From Rhynchopus sp. YZ270_cl-10 (lineage: Eukaryota), in the NCBI GenBank assembly GCA_964035575.1, contig OZ037838.1:1364001-1428000 (forward strand): a DNA stretch of 64,000 nucleotides, written 5' to 3'. The position numbers and the translations under genes are program-made. The notes under the pieces were generated by a model. It was not told the origin of the DNA, did no database searches, and saw only the letters and a program-made list of their open reading frames with translations. This document shows, piece after piece, positions 44,430-55,670 of this stretch (positions are counted from its first letter, which is position 1; every line of letters begins with the position of its first letter).

Positions 44430-44520
44430 TGGAGTGGAAGCGAACAACAAACCTTAATTTTTCCGTTTTTAGCCTTTTGAGCAACAAGCAAAGAGTAACG
44501 AATCTCTCATATCATTTTGA
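44430..44520 (+). repeat. Diverged orphan copy of retrotransposon repeat B
   Basis: ggagtggaagcgaacaacaaac...cttttgagcaacaagcaaagag.aacga.tctctc..catttt matches 11719-11815. Confidence 0.75.
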
Positions 44521-44549
44521 ATAAACTGTACGAACAGTAACCTTTTTAA

Positions 44550-44740
44550 CAGGGTACACTTGTCACAGAGAGAGGGCTTTGTATTTCAAGTTTCGTTTAT
44601 CCAAAATCAATTTTCACATTTTTTTAAAGGTGTCTTGAGCTCAGAGAGGCTTAGGTTCATCCTTACTTTGGCACCGGTCGTATACCAAGGTACACTGTCA
44701 CGAGAGGGCTGTTGTATTTGCAGTCAACTTTTTGTTTTTT
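44550..44740 (+). repeat. Dispersed modular repeat (also at ~63430-63920)
   Basis: Shared gtacactgtcacgagagggct and gagaggcttagg.tcatc motifs at both loci. Confidence 0.6.
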
Positions 44741-45620
44741 TTACTCTTTTTTTTCTCGCCATCTGTACCCCTAAGGTGTACTGCGTCAGCTTTAATGGAT
44801 TATGCCATGGTTCTTTTGCGACTCATGCCATCCCCCACCCCCACTCCACTGCGTAGGAGCTCAGGTGAGTCGCTTCACCTCGTTAAGTTTCCAGGAGAGG
44901 GGGGTAAAGGGATGTCGCCATAGAAGAATACCAACAAAAAAAAAAAGTATTACCGGCATTTCAACACGCGTTTGTGGGAAATGGAAAACCCCCACCCCAC
45001 CCTATTAATAAAGTATTTTTTTTTTCGGTGACATTACACTTGTGACATATCGTAGGAAATCTTTTAGTATGCGCGAAGACGATTCTTGTGCTCCTCATTC
45101 TCCCCACACTATGTCAATACAACAGGTTAGACCGTTTGGTCTGGGAGGGTTTGGGGTTTCTTCTTTCTCTCAGTTCAATCTTGAACAATTTCGAGAGGAG
45201 TTTTATTTATTTTTTCAAAAAAAAAAAAAAAAAAAAAAAAATGTGTGATCTGGGGTGAGGAAGCGTTCCAACTTTTCAACCTCTTCCCCAATTTACCTTT
45301 CGCGCTTTTTTACCCTCCCCCGTTTTAGAATCAACAGAGAGTGTACGTTAAGATTTTTACTTCTCGTCGTGGCATATGTTCTTCTCTTTAAAGGTGCGAA
45401 CGATACTTCCGATCTGCGTAGTATCTGTTGGGTAGGCGCATTGCTGGCTAAGGTTTATGTATCTTTGCTACAGTGTCACAGCCTCGTGGGGAAGCTGTGG
45501 GAGAAACGTGAAGGATGCTTGTGTCAGTGCTGTTCTCTCGTGACACCTCAACATGCGGACATCGCATACAACCTTGCACACAGGACACCATCCCCGCCTC
45601 GTCTCCAGTAACACAAAACA

Positions 45621-46742
45621 ATGATGGATGTGACCTTTGTGCTGGAAGAGTCAGGTGTGACTGCGACAGTGGAGGTGCCGTGCGAGGCGGACGTTGCAGC
45701 GGCAAAGGAGGTTGCGTGCACGGCGCTTGCTGTCTCGCCTGCGTCTGTCGAGATGCGCATCGGCACGCAGGTGCTGGAGGGGACGTGCCGTCTGCAGGAC
45801 ACTGCGTTTGGTGCAGGGGTGCAGGTTGTGCTTGCCCGCCGCTTTGCCGACATCAAGTGTCCTGCTGAGTACAGTCTAGAGGCACCAACTGGAACGCTTG
45901 AAGGGAGTGTGCATGCCTTATCGCTGTCTCCTTGTGGAGCACTCTGCCTCTTTACACAGGATGAACACTACGTCACCGGCCTCGATACAGAAACCTTCAG
46001 CCCTGCCTTCAATTTCAAAGTAGACATTGATGTGTACGGTGCGCCTGCCATCTCACGGTGCAAGACACGCTGCTACTTGGCGGATAAGAATTGTCTTGCG
46101 GAGGTTGCGCTTCCGGGTGGGGAGGTGCTCCGCAAAGTCAACGGCATGTCGGACGCAGTGTTCGTGTGTGCCGATGTTGTTGTCTCCCAGGGCACAGAAG
46201 GCGTCTCTGTGTATGACGAAGACCTGACATTGCTCCGCTCTCTCTCGCACGAAGGGTGCAGGCGCGTGGCAGTGTCTGACTGTGGTGGGTGGGTGATCAC
46301 CTCCTCCACCAGTGAGGACAACGCACGTCTGTGGGATTTGAACACAGGTGAAGCTGTGGCATGTGTGCCTGCGGATGGGAGGCCGGTGGCGCTTTCAAGG
46401 TCTGCCGCTGTCTTTGCTGTGGTGGACAATGTGGACGAATCACGGAGAGTGCAGCTCTACGACTGGAGTGGTGCGGCTCTTCAGAACGCCACTATCTCTG
46501 GACGTGTCTATGGCGTGCAATTCACCCAGTGTGGGAAGTACCTTGTGGTCCATGTAAACAAGCCTTTCCTATATCGCGCAGAGCTGCACCAGTATGATGT
46601 TGCGACTCTGTCCTGTGTACTTGTGATTCCAGGCGTCAGCGGTGCGTCATTTGCGATATCACCGTGTTCGCGTGTGGTTGTGTTTGTTTCATCCGGCAGG
46701 ACCACTATTGCGACAAGACATCTGCACCCCCACAACGAGTGA
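45621..46742 (+). CDS. Ubl + propeller, copy 13
   Basis: Intact paralog; ends RHLHPHNE. Confidence 0.85.
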   Translation: MMDVTFVLEESGVTATVEVPCEADVAAAKEVACTALAVSPASVEMRIGTQVLEGTCRLQDTAFGAGVQVVLARRFADIKCPAEYSLEAPTGTLEGSVHALSLSPCGALCLFTQDEHYVTGLDTETFSPAFNFKVDIDVYGAPAISRCKTRCYLADKNCLAEVALPGGEVLRKVNGMSDAVFVCADVVVSQGTEGVSVYDEDLTLLRSLSHEGCRRVAVSDCGGWVITSSTSEDNARLWDLNTGEAVACVPADGRPVALSRSAAVFAVVDNVDESRRVQLYDWSGAALQNATISGRVYGVQFTQCGKYLVVHVNKPFLYRAELHQYDVATLSCVLVIPGVSGASFAISPCSRVVVFVSSGRTTIATRHLHPHNE

Positions 46743-47216
46743 AGTTTATGCTTTATCACCATGTGAAATGGGTGTGGTGACTTGCCCCCTTGTATTCCGT
46801 GGAGGCGGAAGAACTGGTGTCGCCAACAGAAGCCTGCGTCTTGCCACCACACACCTATCCAGTGATGGCAGATCTGCACCCACAGATCAAGACACCGCAG
46901 ACCACCTTGTCGCAGCCGAACACCACATCGCCTCCCGCCAGGCCGCCCTCGTCGCCCTCCACACAGAGATGTGCGACATGGTGAGACCTATTCATGGCTC
47001 ACTGCCATTCATATTTGTCCTGTACCGCAGAACTTCTACCCCAACCCAAACCAACAAACCCATCCCTCGTCCCTTCTTTCCACGTGTCCCATCCTCTCAG
47101 CCCTTCAACACTGTCCACCACACAGAACAGGTAACCGTACGTGGATCAGTCGGAGGTGCTTGCGTCAACAACTGCAGTTTATATTGCACCACACCAACAC
47201 AACTCTTGAAACAATA

Positions 47217-48359
47217 ATGGATGTGACCTTTGTGCTGGAAGAGTCAGGCGTGACTGCGACAGTGGAGGTGCCGTGCGAGGCGGACGTTGCAGCGGCAAAG
47301 GAGGTTGCGTGCACGGCGCTTGCTGTCTCGCCTGCGTCTGTCGAGATGCGCATCGGCACGCAGGTGCTGGAGGGGACGTGCCGTCTGCAGGACACTGCGT
47401 TTGATTCAGGGGTGCAGGTTGTGCTTGCCCGCCCTCGCTTTGCCGACATCAAGTGTCCTGCTGAGTGCAGTGTAGATGGCGTACAGGAGTTCTCGCTGTC
47501 TCCTTGTGGAGCACTCTGCCTCTTTACACAGAGTGCATCCAATATCAACATGCCAACTCTTTGCCATGTCACCGGCTTCGATACAGAAACCTTCAGCCCT
47601 GCCTTCAGATTCAAAGTAGACTTTGGGGTGTACGGTCCGCCGGCGATCTCACGGTGCAGGACACGCTGCTACATGGCGTGCAAGGACGGTGTGCGCGTGG
47701 TTGCGCTTCCTGGTGGGGAGGTGGTCCGCAAAGTGGCCTGCCCTACGCACTCAGTGCATGCGTGTGGTGGTGGTGTTGTCTTGCGGTGTGAACAAGGCCT
47801 CCTTGTGTATGACGAAGACCTGACGTTGCTCCACTGTCTGTTACACGAACGGTGCCTGAACGCGGCACTGTCGCCCTGTGGTGGGTGGGTGATCACCTCC
47901 TCCTTCAGGGAGCGGAACGCACGTCTGTGGGATGTGAACACAGGTGAAGCTGTGGTATGTGTGCCTGCGGATGGGTGGCATGTGGCGCTTTCACGGTCTG
48001 CCTCTGTCTTTGCTGTGGAATACTCTGGCGAAGTGCAGCTCTATGACTGGAGTGGTGCGGCTCTTGGTACCTTTGAAAAAGCAGGGTATTTAGGTGTCTG
48101 TTCCATGCAGTTCACTCCGTGTGGGAAGTATCTCGTAGCTAGGTTGGTGAAGGAATATTCGGACAAGTATTCACTGCACCAGTATGATGTGGCGACCATG
48201 TCGTGTGTGCGCGTGTTCCCTGACGTTTCTGCCTCGTCATTTGCGATATCGCCGTGTTCACGTGTAGTAGTGTTTACGAACTCTAGACGAGACACTATTG
48301 TGACGAGACATCTGATTTGTGCCTCAGTGTCAGTGGAGGGGAGATGTAGTACAATGTGA
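47217..48359 (+). CDS. Ubl + propeller, copy 14
   Basis: Intact paralog with altered C-terminal tail. Confidence 0.82.
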   Translation: MDVTFVLEESGVTATVEVPCEADVAAAKEVACTALAVSPASVEMRIGTQVLEGTCRLQDTAFDSGVQVVLARPRFADIKCPAECSVDGVQEFSLSPCGALCLFTQSASNINMPTLCHVTGFDTETFSPAFRFKVDFGVYGPPAISRCRTRCYMACKDGVRVVALPGGEVVRKVACPTHSVHACGGGVVLRCEQGLLVYDEDLTLLHCLLHERCLNAALSPCGGWVITSSFRERNARLWDVNTGEAVVCVPADGWHVALSRSASVFAVEYSGEVQLYDWSGAALGTFEKAGYLGVCSMQFTPCGKYLVARLVKEYSDKYSLHQYDVATMSCVRVFPDVSASSFAISPCSRVVVFTNSRRDTIVTRHLICASVSVEGRCSTM

Positions 48360-48720
48360 ACACCATTCAGCGAACAAATAAAGCCCCCACACTCCCCACC
48401 TACCCAGTATCCTATTATCTTGCACTCCTCACCTCATTACCACCCTCCCTAATCCTGTTTTACATTTTGACAGTGTGACAGTTTCACGCAGAGAGCTGTC
48501 TCACAGTGTTCCCTTCCCATTCTTTGAATGACGTTGACCTGCACACTCGAGTTGCGAAGTCATACGATACATCACATCAAACAACAGACCCTGAAGAAAA
48601 CCCTCATCCCCTCTTTCCACGTGTCCACCCTCTCATCTCCTTCAACTGTCCAGGCTCCGCGCTCCAGGCTCCAAACATAAGTGTAAATTTCATCACACCA
48701 ACACAACTCTTGAAACAATA

Positions 48721-49824
48721 ATGGATGTGACCTTTGTGCTGGAAGAGTCGGGCGTGACTGCGACAGTGGAGGTGCCGTGCGAGGCGGACGTTGCAGCGGC
48801 AAAGGAGGTTGCGTGCACGGCGCTTGCTGTCTCGTCTGCGTCTGTCGAGATGCGCATCGGCACGCAGGTGCTGGAGGGGACGTGCCGTCTGCAGGACACT
48901 GCGTTTGATGCAGGGGTGCAGGTTGTGCTTGCCCGCCCTCGCTTTGCCGACATCAAGTGTCCTGCTGAGTACAGTGTAGAGGCGCTACCTGGAACGCAGC
49001 GGATGAATATGAATCGTTTAACGCTGTCTCCTTGTGGAGCACTCTGCCTCTTTACACAAGATGCAGGCTATGTCACCGGCCTCAATACAGAGACCTTTGA
49101 GACTGCCTTCAGGTTCAAAGTAGACATTGAGGTGTGGGGTGTGCCTGCCATCTCGCAGTGCAAGACACGCTGCTACCTGGCGTGCAAGAACGGTCTTGCG
49201 AAGGTTGCGCTTACTGGTGGGGAGGTGCTCCGCAAAGTTGACCCCTCGTTCCAAGTGTTCGCGTGTGGCAGTGTTGTTGTCTCCCGTGGCGAAGGAAGCG
49301 TCTCTGTGTATGACGAAGACCTGACGTTGCTCCGCTCTCTCTCGCACGAAATGTGCTGGGACATGGCACTATCGGACTGTGGTGGGTGGGTGATCACCTC
49401 TTCCTTCAAGGAGAAGAACGCACGTCTGTGGGATGTGAACACAGGTGAAGCTGTGGCATGTGTGCCTGCTAATAGGATCGTGGCGCTTTCACGATGTGCC
49501 TCTGTCTTTGCTGTGGCGTGCTATCAGAAAGTGCAGCTCTATGACTGGAGTGGTGCGGCTCTTGGCAGCTTTGAAAAGGAGCAGTCTCGCGTCTTTGCCG
49601 TGCAGTTCACTCCATGTGGGAAATACGTCGTTGTTGCGTTTGAGAGTGGTGAACTATTTTGTGAAGAGTACACTCTGCACCAGTATGATGTGGCGACCAC
49701 GTCCTGTGTGCGTGTGATACAGGACAGCGAAGGTGTATTTGCGATATCGCCGTGTTCACGTGTGGTTGTGTCCAAGGCAGCAGGAGGTGACGTCCTTGTG
49801 ACACAACATCTGTACCCCTACTGA
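48721..49824 (+). CDS. Ubl + propeller, copy 15
   Basis: Intact paralog. Confidence 0.85.
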   Translation: MDVTFVLEESGVTATVEVPCEADVAAAKEVACTALAVSSASVEMRIGTQVLEGTCRLQDTAFDAGVQVVLARPRFADIKCPAEYSVEALPGTQRMNMNRLTLSPCGALCLFTQDAGYVTGLNTETFETAFRFKVDIEVWGVPAISQCKTRCYLACKNGLAKVALTGGEVLRKVDPSFQVFACGSVVVSRGEGSVSVYDEDLTLLRSLSHEMCWDMALSDCGGWVITSSFKEKNARLWDVNTGEAVACVPANRIVALSRCASVFAVACYQKVQLYDWSGAALGSFEKEQSRVFAVQFTPCGKYVVVAFESGELFCEEYTLHQYDVATTSCVRVIQDSEGVFAISPCSRVVVSKAAGGDVLVTQHLYPY

Positions 49825-50123
49825 GTGATGCAGTCCACCCTGTGTGGGAAGTACCTCCTCGCTGTCGCTGAGTACTGCTATCGTGAGTTGCATCAGTATT
49901 TGCGTTGCGCCCTCGACCTACTAACCTGTGCGAAGATACATTTTCAGATATTTGAGGATAACGACCACACCACCCTTTACCTTCTTTCTCACTTTTGCTT
50001 TGTTAAATCCCTCTTCTGTTGGTGGAAGCTACAGACACAATGAGAACATCACAAACACACGCATCAAAACAACCCACACCTCATCTCCTCCCAACAGAGG
50101 TGGAACAAGAAGAAGACAAAACA

Positions 50124-51222
50124 ATGGATGTGACCTTTGTGCTGGAAGAGTCGTGAGGCGTGACTGCGACAGTGGAGGTGCCGTGCGAGGCGGACGTTGC
50201 AGCGGCAAAGGAGGTTGCGTGCACGGCGCTTGCTGTCTCGCCTGCGTCTGTCGAGATGCGCATCGGCACGCAGGTGCTGGAGGGGACGTGCCGTCTGCAG
50301 GACACTGCGTTTGATGCAGGGGTGCAGGTTGTGCTTGCCCGCCGCTTTGCCGACATCAAGTGTCCTGCTGAGTACAATTTTAAGAGGTCGTCTAATAACG
50401 ATCTCGCTGTCGCGTTGTGGAACGCTCTGTATCTATGTTCATGATAGGCATGTTGGCGGCTTCGACACAGAAGCATTCGACAGTGTCTTCTCGTTTGAAG
50501 TGGACCACGAAGTGTTCAGTCCTCCTGACATCTCGCAGTGCAAGACACGCTGCTACCTGCCGTGTTGGAACGAAGGCATTCTCGAGGTTGCGCTTCCGGG
50601 TGGGGAGGTGCTCCGCAAAGTTGACGGCATGTCGAAGTCAGTGTTCGCGTGTGGCAGTGTTGTTGTCTCGTGCGGCGCAGACGGCGCCTCTGCGTATGAC
50701 GAAGACCTGACGTTGCTCCGCTCTCTCTCGCGCGTACGGTGCAGGGATGTGGCAGTGTCGGACTGTGGTGGGTGGGTGATCACCTCCTCCCTCAGTGAGA
50801 AGAACGCACGTCTGTGGGATGTGAACACAGGTGAAGCTGTGGCATGTGTGCGTGCGGATAGACACGTGGCGCTTTCACGGTCTGCCTCTGTCTTTGCTGT
50901 GGGGGGCTGTGTGGATGAGGTAGCGAGAGTACAACTTTACGACTGGAGTGGAACGGCTCTTCAGAAAGCCACTCTCTGTGGACGTGATGTGATTTACCTG
51001 CAATTCACACCGTGTGGGAAGTACCTTGTGGTCCAGGTACGAAAGCGTACTGACGCTGGAGTACCATATGCAGAGCTGCACCAGTATGATGTGGCGACCA
51101 TGTCTTGTGTATTTGTGATTCCAGACGTCTACGGTCTGTCATTTGCGATATCACCATGTTCGCGTGTGGTTGTGTTTCTATCATCCATAAATGTCAGCGT
51201 TCTGACCCCCCACAGCGAGTGA
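50124..51222 (+). pseudogene. Ubl-propeller copy 16, disrupted
   Basis: 3-nt insertion creates an in-frame TGA (gag tcg tga ggc, ~50154); frameshift near 50380-50400. Confidence 0.8.
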
Positions 51223-51434
51223 TGTTCATGCTTTGCCACCATGTGAAATGGGTGGTGACTTGCCCCCTTGTATTCCGTGGAGGCGTCGTCAACGAGACAC
51301 TGAGGCACGACATCTGTACCCCTACTGATGATGTGTTGCGAGATGTGGTGTTTGTGCAGCTTCTCGCAGGCAGTCCACAGAGGGCTAAATACGAGAGGTT
51401 AGGGAGTTCTTTGAAATGGGTTTTTTTTTTATTA

Positions 51435-51739
51435 CTGGGGGGGGGGGGGCGAATAAGAGATGTGGCATCTCTTATTAGGCGAACGGACGAGCCAAAAATA
51501 AAAAAAATTTTTTGGGGGAAAAAAAGCAAATAGACATTTTCGCCGGAGGCAAAAAAATTTTTTTGACCACTTTTTTGCCAGACCGGGTAGACAGGGTAAA
51601 ATTTCAAAATGTTTTTTCAAGATAAAACCCTGGTGCGTGCAAAAAAAAAAAAAAAAAATACCCCCAAAATCTCAACCTGATCTCTTATTCGGCCCTAATC
51701 TCTTATTCACCCCTGATCTCTTATTCGCCCCCCCCCCAG
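51435..51739. mobile_element. Tc1/mariner-like MITE (TA TSD)
   Basis: TIR CTG(G)nCGAATAAGAGAT; TA at 51433-34 and, beyond the nested insertion, at 52941-42; internal tctcttattc repeats. Confidence 0.7.
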
Positions 51740-52929
51740 TAGGGGGGGGGGCAAAACCTTCAGGACGGGTGAGGCATTTTTGGAAAAAGTGGTTTTGTGA
51801 GCAAAAAACCTGTCAACACCCCTCATACCCCCCAGAAATGGGTCAGAAACACCCTGAGACCCGAAAATCCATGATTAGGGCACCTCAGAATATGAAAAAA
51901 TGCAAAAAAAATAGTGAAAAAGTGGCTTTTGACGGTTTTGGCCATGTTGGGTAAAATGGCCATTTTTTGAGAAAAAAATCAAAAAAACAGCAAAATTTCG
52001 ACATCATGACAGCTGCTTGGGCACGAAACTACCCCAAAAATGTCCTGTGAGTCCATTCCGACCTGTTTTGGACACTTTAGGCACTTGTTTTGGTGTTTTT
52101 TTTGGTGTTTTGAGGTCAAAAAAGATCCCCTGACTATCCCCTGGCAGCCCTGGGCCGCGACTTGCGCCCTGCTTTTAGACCCACTCTGGGCCAAAAAATG
52201 GGCGAAAACCTCCGAAAAAGCACTCTGGGAGCCCAGATAGTTCCAAATTTCCACCGCACACCCTCAAAAACACCTCAAAAACATGTCAGAAAAACATTTT
52301 CAAAAACACACTTTTTCAAATAAGTCATTATGGAACCTGCCCAGATGAACTTTTTGAAAAAAGTGTGTTTTTGAAAATATTTTTCTGGCATGTTTTTGAG
52401 GTGTTTGGGTGGGTTTCTGGTGGATATATGGAACTATCTGGGTCCCCGGAGTGCTTTTTCGAGGGTTTTCACCCATTTTTTGGCCCAGAGGGGGTCCAAA
52501 AGCAGGGCGCAAGTCGCGGCCCAGGGCTGCCAGGGGATAGTCAGGGGATCTTTTTTGACCTCAAAACACCAAAAAAACACCAAAAAAGGCGATAAATGTG
52601 TTCAAAACAGGTCGGAATGGACTCGCGGGACATTTTTGGGGCATATTTGTGCCCAGACAGGCCTAATGATGACAAATTTTTGCTTTTTTTTTTGAAATAT
52701 TGGTCAAAAATGGCCATTTGACCAAAATGGCCCAAACGGCCAAAATGGTCTATTTTTGCTATTTTTTTCCATTTTTTTGTATCTCTGGGGTGTCTCACCT
52801 ATAGAACACCCCCAAACCACACCCCAAAACCATCTCTGACCCGAAATTTTCGGTGGTTTGCGGGTACTTTGCACGTAAATCCAAAAAAATCGAAATGCCT
52901 CAAAAAAATAGGGGTTTTGCCCCCACCTA
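51740..52929. mobile_element. Foldback element of the TAGG...CCTA family (diverged relative of 70-1269)
   Basis: Termini TAGG(G)nCAAAACC / GGTTTTGCCCCCACCTA; 11-bp TSD CCCCCCCCCAG (51729-51739, 52930-52940); long imperfect inverted arms. Confidence 0.85.
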
Positions 52930-53152
52930 CCCCCCCCCAGTAACGATAGAGACATTCATCTCACACATTTTTCTCTGTATTGTGTGCATTCATTCGTTCA
53001 TCAGTAGTCTGCAAAGAAGCCCTTCACCCAATTGCCACATTAGTTTTTCCCACCGGTGTTCGCACCCCCCATCCAATATTCGCCTCCCCAGCCCTTTCAC
53101 ACGCAGCCTTTTTCCACAGCACCCTGCTCACACCCACCCCCCCATAAAGTAA

Positions 53153-54517
53153 ATGTCTGCGCGAAATTGCCCAATATGCTTAGACTCTTTGGCAGAACGA
53201 CCTTCTGAGAGTCGCGAGGAGCTTGACAAGGTGCAGGTCATGGCAGGCGAGGCTTGTGGTCACTTGTTTCATTTCTATTGTCTTGAGCAGTACGCACTGG
53301 CGAATGGGTGTCCGACCAACGCGCAGGGGGAGGTCATAGTGAACTGCGCGACATGCCGTGCGTCGATCAACATCAGCACCGGGCGGCAGATCCCTGCCTC
53401 TCGTCTGTACGACACCGCCACCACCACCACCACCACCTCCGCCACACCACCCGCCACACACTCCCCCGACACCATCCTCACACAACCAACCCGACGCAAG
53501 CCGGTCCCCTTCGCACCCTCCCCGCCACCTCGGCTCTCTCAAGACACCCCACCACCACCTCGACCATCACAAGACACACGCCGCCGACCAATCCCTTTTA
53601 CGAGCGATAAGAACACTACCTCGTTTCTGAGTGGGACCTTGGGGACGACGGTCACGCCAGCAGTGCCTGCACAACGGAAGGCGCAGATACAGAGCTTTGC
53701 GGTGCCGAGTAGTAGTACACATCGCGCACCGAGCACGGTGCAGGCTGTGAGCGAGCACCGCACATTCAACACCCCCAGCGCGTCCTCCTCCGGACAGAAT
53801 TACACTGTGTGCGATACGGCTTCCGTTGTAGGACGGCTCTCTGCTTCAAGCAATGCATCCTCTGACGAATGGCGCCGTCGAGAAGAGCACACAAAGAGAA
53901 GACGCCCCTCCAGCGACTCCTCCGACGACGACAGAGACCGGCTCGCACACTCCCGCAAAAAATTCCGCCGCGCAGCAGAGCGCGAAGAATCCCAGCAGCA
54001 CCGCGAAAACCAAAAACGCGTCCACAAAGGCGAGCGCGTAACTACCTTTTCCAGCCCTGTCGACACGAAACAAATTCAAGAAGAGCACGATAGGCTGCCA
54101 TCACGCATTGCTGCCGGCGATATGGACAGAACATTGCTCCTATGGCGTGCAAAGCAGCTGTGCGACTATGCGGTAAACACCTGGGGTGGTCTGCCCGACG
54201 CAACACAGAAGGACATCGCAACAAGGTTTGGGGTCCACCCAGCCAGCTTCCTCGAGCACGTCGAGCGCCTCCTGAAGTACACCTACCGAGGGAGCTTCAC
54301 GATGATCGACCTCCTAGCCATGCACTACCTCTTCAACGATGAGGACATCTCATTGTCGGACTCATCGTGTCCTGATAAAGACACCCTCAGCATGTTCGTC
54401 AGTCCAACAGGGCATGAGCAGTTCAAGCGGGAAATGAACAAAAAGAAGAAACGGCGAATTGTCTCACTTAAAGAGCAGGACGGTGATGAAAGCTCTGATG
54501 GGCTAGACGCGTTGTAG
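53153..54517 (+). CDS. RING-H2 finger protein (putative E3 ligase)
   Basis: CPIC...CGHLFHFYC...CATC; long P/S/T-rich linker; basic NLS-like motifs. Confidence 0.85.
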   Translation: MSARNCPICLDSLAERPSESREELDKVQVMAGEACGHLFHFYCLEQYALANGCPTNAQGEVIVNCATCRASINISTGRQIPASRLYDTATTTTTTSATPPATHSPDTILTQPTRRKPVPFAPSPPPRLSQDTPPPPRPSQDTRRRPIPFTSDKNTTSFLSGTLGTTVTPAVPAQRKAQIQSFAVPSSSTHRAPSTVQAVSEHRTFNTPSASSSGQNYTVCDTASVVGRLSASSNASSDEWRRREEHTKRRRPSSDSSDDDRDRLAHSRKKFRRAAEREESQQHRENQKRVHKGERVTTFSSPVDTKQIQEEHDRLPSRIAAGDMDRTLLLWRAKQLCDYAVNTWGGLPDATQKDIATRFGVHPASFLEHVERLLKYTYRGSFTMIDLLAMHYLFNDEDISLSDSSCPDKDTLSMFVSPTGHEQFKREMNKKKKRRIVSLKEQDGDESSDGLDAL

Positions 54518-54543
54518 AGTTGGGGATGGGAGGGGGAGGGAGG

Positions 54544-54980
<437 letters not shown>

Positions 54981-54997
54981 GAGGGAGGGAGGGGGAG

Positions 54998-55124
54998 CAC
55001 AGCAGAGAATATGCCGGGTCCCCGGGTCCTGGTCAAGGTCCTGGTCCCGGTCCACGTCCCGCAGGGTCCCAGTCCGGCTGAGAATAACCGGGTCCCCGGT
55101 CCCCGAGTCCTATTCTCTGCTGTG
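54998..55124. mobile_element. 127-bp mini-element with CAC...GTG ends (EnSpm/CMC-like)
   Basis: 14-bp TIR CACAGCAGAGAATA; AG flanks both sides (the match extends to AGGGGGAG in low-complexity DNA); internal GGTCC repeats. Confidence 0.7.
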
Positions 55125-55670
55125 AGGGGGAGGGGGGGAAGTGGTTGGAGAGGGTTGGGGCCAGGTCTTGGACATGGTATAATAACGTTTTCAGACTGTT
55201 CTACTGTCTCAACAGAAATGAAAGATCTGACGTCTTGCGTATTCACGATTTTTTTTAATTTGGTTTGAAAAATTAGAGGGCGGTTAGAGAGCACTAACGG
55301 GAGGAGAATGGGGCAAACGTTGGTTTCTTTCTTTTTTTTGTGAACCGCTTTGTGTTCATCGACACACAAAATACACTCTAGGTTTGCTATGTGTATTCAC
55401 AGCCCCACATCTTACAATTCTTTGTTTCATGAATACTTTCCCCCAACCGGACCCTACGTCACACATTCATGTCTCTGTGTTCTCAATAACCCCTGTCCAT
55501 CTGGCTGATGAATGCCAATACCAGCCCACTTTCTTTGGTGCCGACCCTCCTCCACAACTGCACCCACCTAGTATTATCCGGTCCCCTCTCCCCCCAGGCT
55601 CCCCCTTGCTCCCTACCTCTCTTATCACAAAGAAACAGACACCGAACAAAACACAAAGGCGCATTTCAGC

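Noticed and set aside
12549..50476. Recurrent antisense and alternate-frame ORFs (MSAKRRASTTCTP..., MQRQRRLRARR...)
   Set aside because: These are shadows of the repeated coding sequence; their ends vary between copies.
8821..51222. Diversity-generating retroelement (RT next to variable genes)
   Set aside because: The RT is DIRS-type with RNase H and a YR inside its own repeats. I saw no TR/VR pair or adenine-restricted variation, and nothing links it to the array beyond adjacency.
12580..51222. CRISPR-like repeat/spacer reading of the constant blocks
   Set aside because: The constant blocks are ~245-nt coding starts of paralogous genes, and no cas genes are present.
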